A stretch of DNA of 64,000 bases, taken from the NCBI GenBank assembly GCA_002430735.1, contig DJCV01000008.1, positions 3,111 through 67,110 of the forward strand. The letters run 5' to 3'. The translations under genes and the position numbers were made by a program. This document shows positions 9,516 to 19,145 of this stretch, piece after piece. Positions within the stretch are counted from its first letter, which is position 1. Every line of letters starts with the position of its first letter. The notes beneath the pieces are model-generated. The model was not told where the DNA came from, did not search any database, and saw only the letters and a program-made list of their open reading frames with translations. Source of the DNA: Candidatus Woesebacteria bacterium UBA5941. Its GTDB lineage: Bacteria > Patescibacteriota > Microgenomatia > UBA8517.

Positions 9516-10731
9516 AGCAGAAGTATATCAAGAGTGTCATGAAAAGCGCGAGTGTCACTATTATCGAGATTGACAAGACCGTTTGAAGCGAATTGTGGAA
9601 TAGATAAATACCAACAATTTGAGTAACACTTGCGATTACAAGCATTTTGATGGCTACATATTTTTCTTGTGGCAAATAGTAATTCACAAACACAAGAGAT
9701 AGCACCATAAACATCATAAAAATGCTGTATGGAAATAGCAATGGAACTGCATCGGTAAATGAATTTCCGTACAACACACTGATAGCAATGTCAGGGATGA
9801 AGTAAAACGCAAAGGCAAATACCCCTCCCACTAAAAATGTTAATGCCAAGCTGGTTAATAAAAGTATCGTTCCATCTTCCCCCTCTGCGTGCTTTCTTGA
9901 AATCATAGGAAATAAAACACCAGTTATTGGAAGTGTCGAGAAAAGCACTGTTCTACCCAATGTTGCTGCTGCAGCGTAACTTCCTGAGTCCCCATTTGTA
10001 AAAAACATACGAACTAATAGTAAATCCACTGTAAAAAACGCAGTGGTTGCAAGGCTTGAAGCAATAATCGGAAATGTGTGATTACTGAAATAATGTTTAG
10101 GGGAAATTGTTTGTATGGTTTTTCGATCAAACGGTACTGATCGATATGCAAAAAAGGTCAGTATCAAAATCGTGACTAAAAATCCAATTACAGCACCTCC
10201 TGCATCAAATCCAAGATATATAAAGAATGCACCAAATGCTAAGCGGAAGAATAGTTCTAGTATTGAGTAAATGGCTGCAGTCATAAATCGAAGTGATCCT
10301 TGGAAATAGGCTTTATACAAAAACAGCACAAAAGATACGAACACAATTGGTGCAATTAAAACGGCTGTCAGAACATGCAGTTGGAGTTGCTCCTTTAGAA
10401 GAATTATTCCGAAGAATAAACAAGAAATAATAAGAGCAGGTTTTAACAAGAATGATAATAGAGCAATAAATGAAACCTTCCTTTCCTCTTCAGTTCTCTG
10501 TCGAGAAACGGTCTTCACGACCATCGTTCCTAAGAAGCCGTACGTTGAGGAGAGTAATGTGAGGATTGATAAGAACACTGCGAGTTCTCCATAATCTGCT
10601 TTCCCGAGCATTCTACCCAGAACAAAATGATACAAATATGCGAACACATTCGCGATGTTACTTCCAACAAGCGAAATCATACTTCCTGAAATCATTTGAT
10701 TTGACCGAATAGCTCTTGTAATTTTTCTCAT
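9454..10731 (-). CDS. Wzx-like polysaccharide flippase (MOP superfamily polysaccharide biosynthesis protein)
   Basis: About 425 aa with 12 predicted transmembrane helices and an N-terminal MISGSMISLVGSNIANVFAYL motif typical of PST/Wzx proteins. I chose the ATG start that forms an ATGA overlap with the upstream gene. Confidence 0.7.
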   Translation of the reverse strand: MRKITRAIRSNQMISGSMISLVGSNIANVFAYLYHFVLGRMLGKADYGELAVFLSILTLLSSTYGFLGTMVVKTVSRQRTEEERKVSFIALLSFLLKPALIISCLFFGIILLKEQLQLHVLTAVLIAPIVFVSFVLFLYKAYFQGSLRFMTAAIYSILELFFRLAFGAFFIYLGFDAGGAVIGFLVTILILTFFAYRSVPFDRKTIQTISPKHYFSNHTFPIIASSLATTAFFTVDLLLVRMFFTNGDSGSYAAAATLGRTVLFSTLPITGVLFPMISRKHAEGEDGTILLLTSLALTFLVGGVFAFAFYFIPDIAISVLYGNSFTDAVPLLFPYSIFMMFMVLSLVFVNYYLPQEKYVAIKMLVIASVTQIVGIYLFHNSLQTVLSISIIVTLALFMTLLIYFCYENRAIKHHFSKAFRGNTRV

Positions 10732-11999
10732 TTTTTGTATCGTAAAACGAATATCGCAGGAATTATCAGATTGACACACATTCCCAGAAACGCAGTCATT
10801 GCAGCACCGATAATTTTATACTCTGGAATAAGGAAAAAGCCTGCAATCGCTATTGTAATCACATGAACAATCGCGAGCCAGAAGAAAAATCTTGATTTAC
10901 CAAGAAAATACAGAATCATCGTATGAATTGGCATACTCAATAAGAACAATGCATACCCCACTATTAGAATAATTAATGGGATTATTGAAGGTCTATATTC
11001 TTCACCATATAAAAGCGGTACAAGAGTATTTGCAACGAGAACACCCACGGGTATTCCAATCACAATCAACCCTCCCACGAATAATTCAAATTTGTATAAA
11101 TACCGTTTGGCATCTTGAAGCTTAGTAAACATCGCAAACTTAGGTGCTGCTACTGTACCAAGCGCTAAAACTATTTGTGAAATAAACCCAACAAGACTGA
11201 CTGCGACTGAATAGTACCCAACCTCTTCTAGCGTTAGAAAGCGAGTCGAATAGAGTGTGTCTAATCGAGTAGAAACTGCGACTATAATTGTTGTTGCTGC
11301 AACCCACTTATTAAAATGAAAGAGCTCTGATAATTCGCTTTTTCTAAGTGGTACACCCATAAATCTCGGGATCATGAGGATGCTTAATACAAATCCAATA
11401 AAAGGAGATAAGACAAAAAGTAAAATCGCTGCGTTTCCTGCAGGAAACCCTACCGAAATGACGAGTAGAAAGACTAAAAAGCGAAATGTATTTCCTGCTA
11501 CGTTTACGAAGCTCCATCCCCAAAACTTCTGAAGAGACTGTAATGCGGCGCAGCCAAAGGAAAACAACATACTCCCTCCTACACCTAGTAAGGCCCAACG
11601 GAATGCATCATTTAATCCCTGCTTGCTTAGCAGAAACTCCGTAATAAAGCTTGTCAGTAAAAACCCTCCAGCCAGCACTATCGTAAAGCCTGTTAATTTG
11701 ATGAGGAAACCGGCATTCAAAAAACGTATTGCTCTCTTTTTATCTTTACTCCAACTTTCAGCTGCAAATTTTGTAACTCCAGTGTCTGTTCCCACGTTTG
11801 CAATTGAAGCAAGCAGGGCAACCGTAATTGTCACAAATGAAAATACTCCATAGTCATGTGGTCCAAGTAATCTCGCGACGTAAATATAAAAAACAACTCC
11901 AATTAATCCATTTAAGAGAGTGCCAAACAACGTGACACCGGACTGTTTGAAAGTACTCGTTTTCAAAATGTTTTCTGTGATATTTACAAATCGTTTCAT
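10728..11999 (-). CDS. Wzx-like polysaccharide flippase (MOP superfamily); paralog in tandem
   Basis: About 424 aa, polytopic, with a TLFGTLLNGLIGVVFYIYVARLLGPHDYGVF N-terminal motif typical of the PST family. The first ORF codon is TTG, so I used the ATG at MKRFV. Confidence 0.7.
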   Translation of the reverse strand: MKRFVNITENILKTSTFKQSGVTLFGTLLNGLIGVVFYIYVARLLGPHDYGVFSFVTITVALLASIANVGTDTGVTKFAAESWSKDKKRAIRFLNAGFLIKLTGFTIVLAGGFLLTSFITEFLLSKQGLNDAFRWALLGVGGSMLFSFGCAALQSLQKFWGWSFVNVAGNTFRFLVFLLVISVGFPAGNAAILLFVLSPFIGFVLSILMIPRFMGVPLRKSELSELFHFNKWVAATTIIVAVSTRLDTLYSTRFLTLEEVGYYSVAVSLVGFISQIVLALGTVAAPKFAMFTKLQDAKRYLYKFELFVGGLIVIGIPVGVLVANTLVPLLYGEEYRPSIIPLIILIVGYALFLLSMPIHTMILYFLGKSRFFFWLAIVHVITIAIAGFFLIPEYKIIGAAMTAFLGMCVNLIIPAIFVLRYKK

Positions 12000-12001
12000 A
12001 A

Positions 12002-13129
12002 TTAAGAAACCCAATAGCCTCTTATAAACATACTACAAAAAAGCAATAAAGAGAGACTAGAAACGATGAGTACTAGTATTTGCAATAGTTTTGAGCGTGT
12101 ACTTAAAAATTGGGCCATTAGTATAAATGCAGGAAACAGTACCACCATATATCTTGGCATTGAAGAAAAGCTTCCTGCAAAGGTTGGAATGAGATATCCT
12201 CCGATTAACAAGATTGAGTAACTTCCGCGTTGCTTAAAGAACGAAATAATACTTAATACAAAAAACAGCACTCCCACAGTAAACTCGAGCAAAGTGGTTG
12301 CAAGTGTTGGCCAGTACGAAGTCGCTGAAGGTAAAATTCTAAATACATACCTAAAAAACACCTGTGGCAGAAGAATGATCGTATTTGAACGCTGTTCGCC
12401 AAAAATGGCAATATTGTTATAAAAAGCCATATAATCACCGGTTGTTTGTTGTAGGAAAATCATATAAAAAACCAAACCTAAAGGAGCCATAAGTAGGGGT
12501 ATTGACGAAAGAATATTTGACCGCAGATCTCCACGGTATGCCATATACCATTCAAAGAGAAGTGCAGGTAATAAAAGTACTCCGATCAGTCGAGTAGCTG
12601 AACAAAAGAGCGCGAGGACACCTGCAATCAGCCATTTGCGTTTTCTTGCGAAATAGAAGGCACTGACAGACACCAGCAGAAAAAGACTCTCTGTATATAC
12701 CATTTGAAAATAAAAACTTGTAGGAAAAACAAGCATGAGTAATACGGTAAGCCATACAACATTCTGTTTGTAATCTAATTCAAGTAATCGCTTCAATACA
12801 AATAGTGCAAGAATAAAACAGCTAATGGAAAATATCGTACCAACAGCAACAACAGATTGCAGTTGAGTTCCTATCACGCTCACTAATATACCTATGCTTA
12901 TCGGGTATAGCGGGAAAAAGAAGTATTGGAGTGGCTTATATCCAAAACGGACCAATTCTACATAATGCTCGCCATCAAAGTTTGCATGCATAAGCAGTAA
13001 TGGCGCTTTCACATATTCACTTCGCCCTCCGCCGAGATAATTCGGTTGCAATGGGAATAGTTGTGCCGCTGCGAAGGCAAAAAGACTAATAAAAAGAATC
13101 CAGGCAGCAGTTACCGCTAAAAGCTTCAT
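12002..13129 (-). CDS. polytopic membrane protein, putative GT-C-type mannosyltransferase or Wzy-like (DUF2029/PIG-V-like)
   Basis: 375 aa with about 10 transmembrane helices and a conserved acidic loop (NFDGEHY) near the N-terminus. The family assignment is tentative. Confidence 0.4.
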   Translation of the reverse strand: MKLLAVTAAWILFISLFAFAAAQLFPLQPNYLGGGRSEYVKAPLLLMHANFDGEHYVELVRFGYKPLQYFFFPLYPISIGILVSVIGTQLQSVVAVGTIFSISCFILALFVLKRLLELDYKQNVVWLTVLLMLVFPTSFYFQMVYTESLFLLVSVSAFYFARKRKWLIAGVLALFCSATRLIGVLLLPALLFEWYMAYRGDLRSNILSSIPLLMAPLGLVFYMIFLQQTTGDYMAFYNNIAIFGEQRSNTIILLPQVFFRYVFRILPSATSYWPTLATTLLEFTVGVLFFVLSIISFFKQRGSYSILLIGGYLIPTFAGSFSSMPRYMVVLFPAFILMAQFLSTRSKLLQILVLIVSSLSLLLFCSMFIRGYWVS

Positions 13130-14175
13130 TTTAATAGTACTTTTTTATACACAGAGATGGTGTTATGTGCAGTTGTTTCCCAATTAAATTTTTTTGATAA
13201 TTTTTCACCTTGCTCTCCCAACTTTTTTTGCAGACGTTTGTCCTTTAGTACCGTTTCAATACAAAACTTTATATCACGTACGTCATTGGTATCAAAAAAG
13301 ACGGATGCATCACCATAAATCTCAGTTAAAGCCTGCGTTTTCCCACAGATAGTAGGAACACCTAAGGTCATTGCGTCCAGAACCGATAAACCAAACCCTT
13401 CATAATGCGACGGTTGAATAAGAGCTTGGGAGTTGGCTATTAAAATAGGTAGTTCATTGTCAGATATAAACCCAACCCGGTGAATGTGCTTGCTATCGCC
13501 AAATCGTGTTTGCAATTCGAATAATGGCCTGTTTTCGATGTGTGTCTTATCATATTCTGTAGAAACTGCCTTTTTCCCGACAATTACGAGGTGAATCTTT
13601 GCTTGTTCACATGCATCACATAAATTAACGAGGTTCTTGTTCCAGTTAACATCGCCGATATAAAGCACATACGGGAATGATATGGAATGGTCGCGAAGGA
13701 CTTTGGCTTGTTGTACCCGTTTATCAATCGGATCAACAGTTGGGCCTAAGTACACAGGAAATATCTTTGATGGGTCAATTCCAAGATGTCGAATAATATC
13801 CTTCTTACTTGTTTCTGAGTCAGTAATGACAGCCTTTGCATTCTGAAGCACATGTCTTTGCCTGAGAAATGTTAATTTCCCTCGTACTCCTGCGGGATAA
13901 TGCTCAGGGTAGATGAGTGGTATTGCATCATGCACCGTCACAACAAATGGGACAGGAGAACGAAGTGGTAGTGTTGGGAAGAAGAAATCAAACGATGGGT
14001 AATGAATTAAGTCAAACCTATGAAGGTTTTTTTCATTGTTCGCATCTATGACTTCAAATTGAATACCCTTTGAACGAATATTTTTCAGTGCCTTCACAAG
14101 ATGCTTCGTATAAACACCAATTCCACGAGTTGCACTCCCATCGGAGAGAGGACCGCCATCTATTCCAATATTCAT
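13126..14175 (-). CDS. GT4 family glycosyltransferase
   Basis: HYEGFGLSVLDAMTLGVPTICGKTQALTEIYGD is the GT4 signature. There is an AGAGG Shine-Dalgarno sequence 5 nt upstream of the ATG. Confidence 0.85.
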   Translation of the reverse strand: MNIGIDGGPLSDGSATRGIGVYTKHLVKALKNIRSKGIQFEVIDANNEKNLHRFDLIHYPSFDFFFPTLPLRSPVPFVVTVHDAIPLIYPEHYPAGVRGKLTFLRQRHVLQNAKAVITDSETSKKDIIRHLGIDPSKIFPVYLGPTVDPIDKRVQQAKVLRDHSISFPYVLYIGDVNWNKNLVNLCDACEQAKIHLVIVGKKAVSTEYDKTHIENRPLFELQTRFGDSKHIHRVGFISDNELPILIANSQALIQPSHYEGFGLSVLDAMTLGVPTICGKTQALTEIYGDASVFFDTNDVRDIKFCIETVLKDKRLQKKLGEQGEKLSKKFNWETTAHNTISVYKKVLLK

Positions 14176-14221
14176 ACCTCTATTATGAAGCCCGAACTCG
14201 GCGAAAGCAAAAGGTTTGCAC

Positions 14222-14971
14222 TTATTTTAAGCTATATCCGCCATCAACAACTAATACGTGTCCAGTAATCCCTGAAGCCTCTGGAGAGGATAAAAACAGA
14301 ATGCCTTGCGCGATTTCTTCAGGTTTCATGAGTCTCTTCATTAACCCATCGTTAATGGCACACGACAGGGTCTCTTTGTCCCATGAAGCGGTCAAATCTG
14401 TTTCTGTAGGCCCAGGGGCAATCGCGTTTACTCTCACATGTGGGGCAAGCTCTTTAGCCATTGTTGTTGTCATACTTATAACTGCTGATTTCGCTGCGGA
14501 ATAATCTAAATTACCAACGCGACCACAATGAAACAGTCCACGAACAGAAGCAACATTTACAATTACACCGCTTTTTCTATCCAGCATAATTCGCCCAGCC
14601 TCTCGGGCACACATAAACGATCCAATCACATTTGTATGTAATACTTTCTCCCAATCTTGCCAATTTATTTCCCAGAATGATTTCGGCACATGGGCACCTG
14701 CATTATTAATCAGCACATCAATCGTTCCAAATGCTTGTAATGTCTCAACAAACATTCGTTGAATATCATCAGGGTTCGAGACATCTGCCTGAACAGCAAT
14801 AGCGTGTCCTTTTTTTGCGATGATTCGATTTACCACCTCATCAGCCGCATTTTTATTACTTACGTAATTCACCGCTACTTTAGCACCTTGTGAGGCAAAT
14901 AAAAGAGCAGTAGATCTTCCAATTCCCCGTGAAGCACCAGTTATAAGGACTACTTTATCTTTAAACTTCAT
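14222..14971 (-). CDS. classical short-chain dehydrogenase/reductase (FabG-like SDR)
   Basis: TGASRGIG cofactor motif, NNAG motif, and an S...YSAAK catalytic triad. About 250 aa. Confidence 0.9.
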   Translation of the reverse strand: MKFKDKVVLITGASRGIGRSTALLFASQGAKVAVNYVSNKNAADEVVNRIIAKKGHAIAVQADVSNPDDIQRMFVETLQAFGTIDVLINNAGAHVPKSFWEINWQDWEKVLHTNVIGSFMCAREAGRIMLDRKSGVIVNVASVRGLFHCGRVGNLDYSAAKSAVISMTTTMAKELAPHVRVNAIAPGPTETDLTASWDKETLSCAINDGLMKRLMKPEEIAQGILFLSSPEASGITGHVLVVDGGYSLK

Positions 14972-15837
14972 ACTTTAGTATTGAAGAAATATTTTGAGTA
15001 TGCAATCGGATAATGCCATGCAGAGAACGCTGCCCACAAAAAGCCACGCATTCCATCTTTAAACCCTTTGTGACGCACATACCGCAAGAGAAATGCTTTT
15101 AACGGTTCAAGTGTTATATATCTAAAAAGTGTTATTGCGTTGCGTGGTACTCCCTCATTTGATAAGTCTTGTGCGCTTAAATCTGTATATCTATTAAGCC
15201 GCTCTAAGTACCGTTTAATTGTAGGTGAGTCCCAATGTTCCAACGGTTCAAAGAGCCAGGCGACGCTCCCGTCAATTTGCATTTGCTCATGTACTGATTT
15301 TGCAGGAAGCCTAGCCTTCCCTCTTTTTATAAGCCGCACAACGCCATCGGGATATACTCCTCCATAAATCAACGGTTTACCGAGAAACATATTTATGCGT
15401 GGAATCAGAAACGCAACAATTTCTCGGTCCCGCTCGCCAAGTTCACCATCGCGTGACTGCAGCAATGATAAATGTCGGCTAAATAATCTGCTGCGTCTAG
15501 CATCTTTAGGTGTCCTTCTTAGGATTTCATCCGACGACATCGACAGTACAGACAGTATTTCCTTGCGTAATGCAGGGGTTACAACTTCGTCGGCATCAAG
15601 CTGTAAAATCCAATCACCTTGTGCTTTGTCAATCGCTTTTTGTTTCGTTACATGAAAAATTTCTTCATGATTAACAGAAAAGACACGGGCACCGAGCTCT
15701 TTGGCAATAGCTACTGTTTTATCAATAGAATGTTCATCAAAGACAATAACTTCATCAGCGATTTCTTTGACTGAATTCAAGCAGCGAGCTATATTTTCTT
15801 CTTCATTTCTGGTTGCAAGGACCACTGATAGTTTCAT
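14968..15837 (-). CDS. GT2 family glycosyltransferase
   Basis: LSVVLATRNEEENI...VIVFDEHSIDKT...LQLDADE shows a GT-A fold with DxD. It is paralogous to the GT2s at 1255, 29832 and 31615. Confidence 0.75.
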   Translation of the reverse strand: MKLSVVLATRNEEENIARCLNSVKEIADEVIVFDEHSIDKTVAIAKELGARVFSVNHEEIFHVTKQKAIDKAQGDWILQLDADEVVTPALRKEILSVLSMSSDEILRRTPKDARRSRLFSRHLSLLQSRDGELGERDREIVAFLIPRINMFLGKPLIYGGVYPDGVVRLIKRGKARLPAKSVHEQMQIDGSVAWLFEPLEHWDSPTIKRYLERLNRYTDLSAQDLSNEGVPRNAITLFRYITLEPLKAFLLRYVRHKGFKDGMRGFLWAAFSAWHYPIAYSKYFFNTKV

Positions 15838-15840
15838 AGA

Positions 15841-17478
15841 TTAATTTACAACAACCCTAAAGTAACGATATCCATTTTCTCCAATAATGTCTTGACTAAT
15901 GTTTGCTTCAGGCAAAATTTCTTGGCTTGTTCCGACAATTAAACTGTTTGGATATTGTTGTATCATTTTTTCGTATGGCACTGATTCGAAAGAAAAATTA
16001 CTGAAACTTCGAACGGTAGAAAATCCATATTGATCTCGTGCTGTTAACGTATGCTCCTTCTGAAACAGAGCTGGATCATATTTCATATAAAAAAGAAACA
16101 AAATATACGGCTGATCATATCGATCAGTAACTATTACTTTTTGATACTGGGTATGAATCGGTGATAAATACGTCACAAGCTCCTTTACACCATACTGAGA
16201 TGAAAATGGAAAAGCCTTTGCCATATGAGAATAGTACATATGAATATATCGACCTACGCTCAAGGCGATCAACAATGTCATTACAACACAGATGGCTCTC
16301 GTATAACTCTTAAAGTATGTGCAGATAATAAACAAACCATATGCACTTAATAAAGTGAGTGGAATAACCATGTTTGCAGATCTAAGGGCATGTGGTGACT
16401 GAAACGTGAGTGCCGCAGGAAGTGGTGCAATCAGTAACCATAGAAAAACCGTTTGCCACTTTTTGTTTTTCGACCTGATGGCATATAAAATCCCAACCCC
16501 GAGAAACGCTATCTCTATTAAGTGAAGCTGTCCTGTCTCAGGCACCTTGTTTCGTTGAATATCATCGCCTGATAGGAATAAGAATTCTCCCCAATAATGT
16601 TCTGCCCAGTTTGAGAGGAACGCCAACGTATATCCGATTGGTTTATTGTGGAGTAGTCTTGGTATTACTCCATTTGTGTTTTCGTAGTTGCCTCGTAATT
16701 CGTTGACTCTATTTTCAGGACCTGAATCAGACCATAGACCCACCCCTCCAGCACGCGCTAAACCGGCCGGACTCACCAGTGAAAAAAGAAGCGGTAGACA
16801 TAGTAAAAAGCCAATGCTACCTACGCTTACTACACGTTTCCATGATTGAAGGAGTGCTTTCCAATCATTAGCTACTAAAACGAGTACGAGTAGCGGTGTA
16901 ATAATCCGTGCAGCGTGATACGTATAAAGCGACAAGACAAACACCACACATGAGGCGAGTAAGTAGACCGACCGCTCTCTCCATCGCATGAAAAAATACG
17001 CACCTGATACCAAAAAGAAGGTGGCTATATTTACTTCCCAAGCACCTCGACTGAAGTGGATATGCCATGGCGATACTGACAGTAAGAATGCGGCTAACAG
17101 TGGAAAGTATTGAGCCAACTGCTTATTTGTTTTTTCCCTGACCATCTCTTTTGCAAGCAAGTACAACGCAACAATGGTGAATATTCCAATCAGCGCTGGG
17201 AGCAATCGAACAGACCACTCATTCAATCCAAACGCGGCTATAAAAGGGAGAATTGCATAAACGGTTAATCCAGGCTTGAAGTCATTAAACGATTGAAAGT
17301 GTAGCGGCCACTTATTCCCATGCTCATCCAAACCTGTTTTCAATAGTGCATAAGCGTTATATCCCAGTGCAGCTTCATCTGCGTTTATCGCGGGTACGGT
17401 ATCAAGTTTGTATAGGCGTAAAACAGCTCCTAACAAAACGATTACACAGAGGAGTATTAATTGTTTTTTCATATTCAT
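15841..17478 (-). CDS. GT-C membrane glycosyltransferase, ArnT/PMT (GT39/GT83-like) family
   Basis: N-terminal transmembrane helix, then LRLYKLDTVPAINADEAALGYNAY with the conserved D-E loop-1 motif. About 12 transmembrane helices plus a C-terminal soluble domain. Confidence 0.8.
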   Translation of the reverse strand: MNMKKQLILLCVIVLLGAVLRLYKLDTVPAINADEAALGYNAYALLKTGLDEHGNKWPLHFQSFNDFKPGLTVYAILPFIAAFGLNEWSVRLLPALIGIFTIVALYLLAKEMVREKTNKQLAQYFPLLAAFLLSVSPWHIHFSRGAWEVNIATFFLVSGAYFFMRWRERSVYLLASCVVFVLSLYTYHAARIITPLLVLVLVANDWKALLQSWKRVVSVGSIGFLLCLPLLFSLVSPAGLARAGGVGLWSDSGPENRVNELRGNYENTNGVIPRLLHNKPIGYTLAFLSNWAEHYWGEFLFLSGDDIQRNKVPETGQLHLIEIAFLGVGILYAIRSKNKKWQTVFLWLLIAPLPAALTFQSPHALRSANMVIPLTLLSAYGLFIICTYFKSYTRAICVVMTLLIALSVGRYIHMYYSHMAKAFPFSSQYGVKELVTYLSPIHTQYQKVIVTDRYDQPYILFLFYMKYDPALFQKEHTLTARDQYGFSTVRSFSNFSFESVPYEKMIQQYPNSLIVGTSQEILPEANISQDIIGENGYRYFRVVVN

Positions 17479-19145
17479 TTAATATCTATAATTCTCAGTG
17501 AAACATTTTTACCATCAAGATGCTTAATATTTGAAATTACTCGGAACGCAGTCCCTTCTTGAGAATCAGCTTCTGGAATTCTCTCACTATCGCCAACTAC
17601 CAAAGTTCCGGTCTTACCTCTTAAAACTTGCCAGTCAATTCCTTTAAAGGAAATATTATCAAGCTGCTCTAATTGTCCTACATCTCCATACTTACTTTCT
17701 ACGAAATGGTCGTTTATTGCACTCTGGAACTTCTGAGGGTCATATGCACCGTAGAACAAGAAATAAATATAAGGCTGTGAATAGCTTTGCTGGAAAATTA
17801 TTGATGAGTACTGTGACTGAATAGGAAGTATTGATTGCACAGCCTGCTTGTACCCATATTCCCAATATTTAGAGTGTAATTTTGGCAGGTGAATAAAGTA
17901 TGCATCAGCAAAGTACACAAACGACAATATATACCCGAAGAAGACAATCGCACCAACTATGCTTTTAAACTTCCCGGTACTCACAAGTGCGTGAACACCA
18001 TATCCAATGAGTACTGTTAGCGGAATTACCATTTGTAAACTACGCACTGCATGCACTTGATCCCGAGAAAGAATGGCTGGCAGTGGAGCGATGACAAGCC
18101 ATAATGCAATAAAGCGTAGGAATGGCGTTTTTCTAGATTTCACAATCACGAATAACCCGATCAAGATCATTGGCAAGTCGAGAATATGAAGCATTCCAAC
18201 ATATGGCGCAGAATGCCGCGGATTCTGCCAATCTCCTTCGAAGAACAAAAACCTGCCAGAAAAATGATTAAACCAACGACCAAGAATACCTCTTGCAAAA
18301 TTCAATGGCTCATTATGAAACGCGTAGTAGGAAATGCTTCCATTTTGTTCATTCCCTTCAGCAAGCAAGTGTTCTAAGTAAGCCGCTGGCCGAGGTGCTG
18401 AAAAAACACTAAATACTGCAAGTCTGCCTGCTTGCCCAACAAACATTGAAACTAAAATAGGAATACTTATTACAAAACCGACAATTGCGGAAAGAATCAA
18501 TTGCCGCTTTGGCATTTGCATAAGTTTTTTATAGTGGGTAATGCTTAAGAGAAGAATGACTATCACGCTTGATAACTTAGCACCTTGATAACAAAGAAGT
18601 GTTAATGCAAAAAAAGCGGCTGCTGGAATAAGTGATGAAGACTTTTCCATAGCGCGTAGGAAGTAGTAGGTACCTATAAGTGTTAGTGTAAGCGCAACGT
18701 TTACCTCCCACGCGCCACGGCTCAGCATAATATGCCATGGAGACAAGGCGAGTACTGCAGCAACAATGTACGGAAGCAAACTTTTTTTGTCATTCACCAC
18801 AACTTGCATAATTTTAAAGAGTACAAATACAGCAAGAATCCCTGATAACGCCCCCGGAAGCCTTGTTGCAATTTCCGTTAATCCAAGTGTCGCAATAAAA
18901 GGTACTGTGAGATACACATATAACCCTGGTTTGAAATCGCCAAATGATTTGAAGACAAACGGAAGTAAAGTTCCATGTTCATCTCTGCCTGTTTTTAAAA
19001 TTGAATATGCGCTATATCCAAGAGCTGCCTCGTCAGGTGTTAGGTGTGGTGGTACGCTTCCCAACTGGATCAAACGCACAAGCGACGCAGTTACTAGTAT
19101 CAGCGTTATGACAACTTTTCGTAATAATGGCTTATTTATGTTCAT
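17475..19145 (-). CDS. GT-C membrane glycosyltransferase, ArnT/PMT-like
   Basis: LIQLGSVPPHLTPDEAALGYSAYSIL motif. The start is ambiguous: ATG at 19214 or the ATG MNINK at 19145. Both overlap the upstream gene. Confidence 0.75.
   Translation of the reverse strand: MNINKPLLRKVVITLILVTASLVRLIQLGSVPPHLTPDEAALGYSAYSILKTGRDEHGTLLPFVFKSFGDFKPGLYVYLTVPFIATLGLTEIATRLPGALSGILAVFVLFKIMQVVVNDKKSLLPYIVAAVLALSPWHIMLSRGAWEVNVALTLTLIGTYYFLRAMEKSSSLIPAAAFFALTLLCYQGAKLSSVIVILLLSITHYKKLMQMPKRQLILSAIVGFVISIPILVSMFVGQAGRLAVFSVFSAPRPAAYLEHLLAEGNEQNGSISYYAFHNEPLNFARGILGRWFNHFSGRFLFFEGDWQNPRHSAPYVGMLHILDLPMILIGLFVIVKSRKTPFLRFIALWLVIAPLPAILSRDQVHAVRSLQMVIPLTVLIGYGVHALVSTGKFKSIVGAIVFFGYILSFVYFADAYFIHLPKLHSKYWEYGYKQAVQSILPIQSQYSSIIFQQSYSQPYIYFLFYGAYDPQKFQSAINDHFVESKYGDVGQLEQLDNISFKGIDWQVLRGKTGTLVVGDSERIPEADSQEGTAFRVISNIKHLDGKNVSLRIIDIK

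Noticed and set aside
14222-14971. FabG-like SDR as a DprE2-type polyprenyl-phospho-sugar epimerase component
   Set aside because: The sequence is a classical FabG-type SDR (TGASRGIG, YSAAK). It does not resemble DprE2, and no DprE1-like FAD oxidase is present. The function in this locus remains open.
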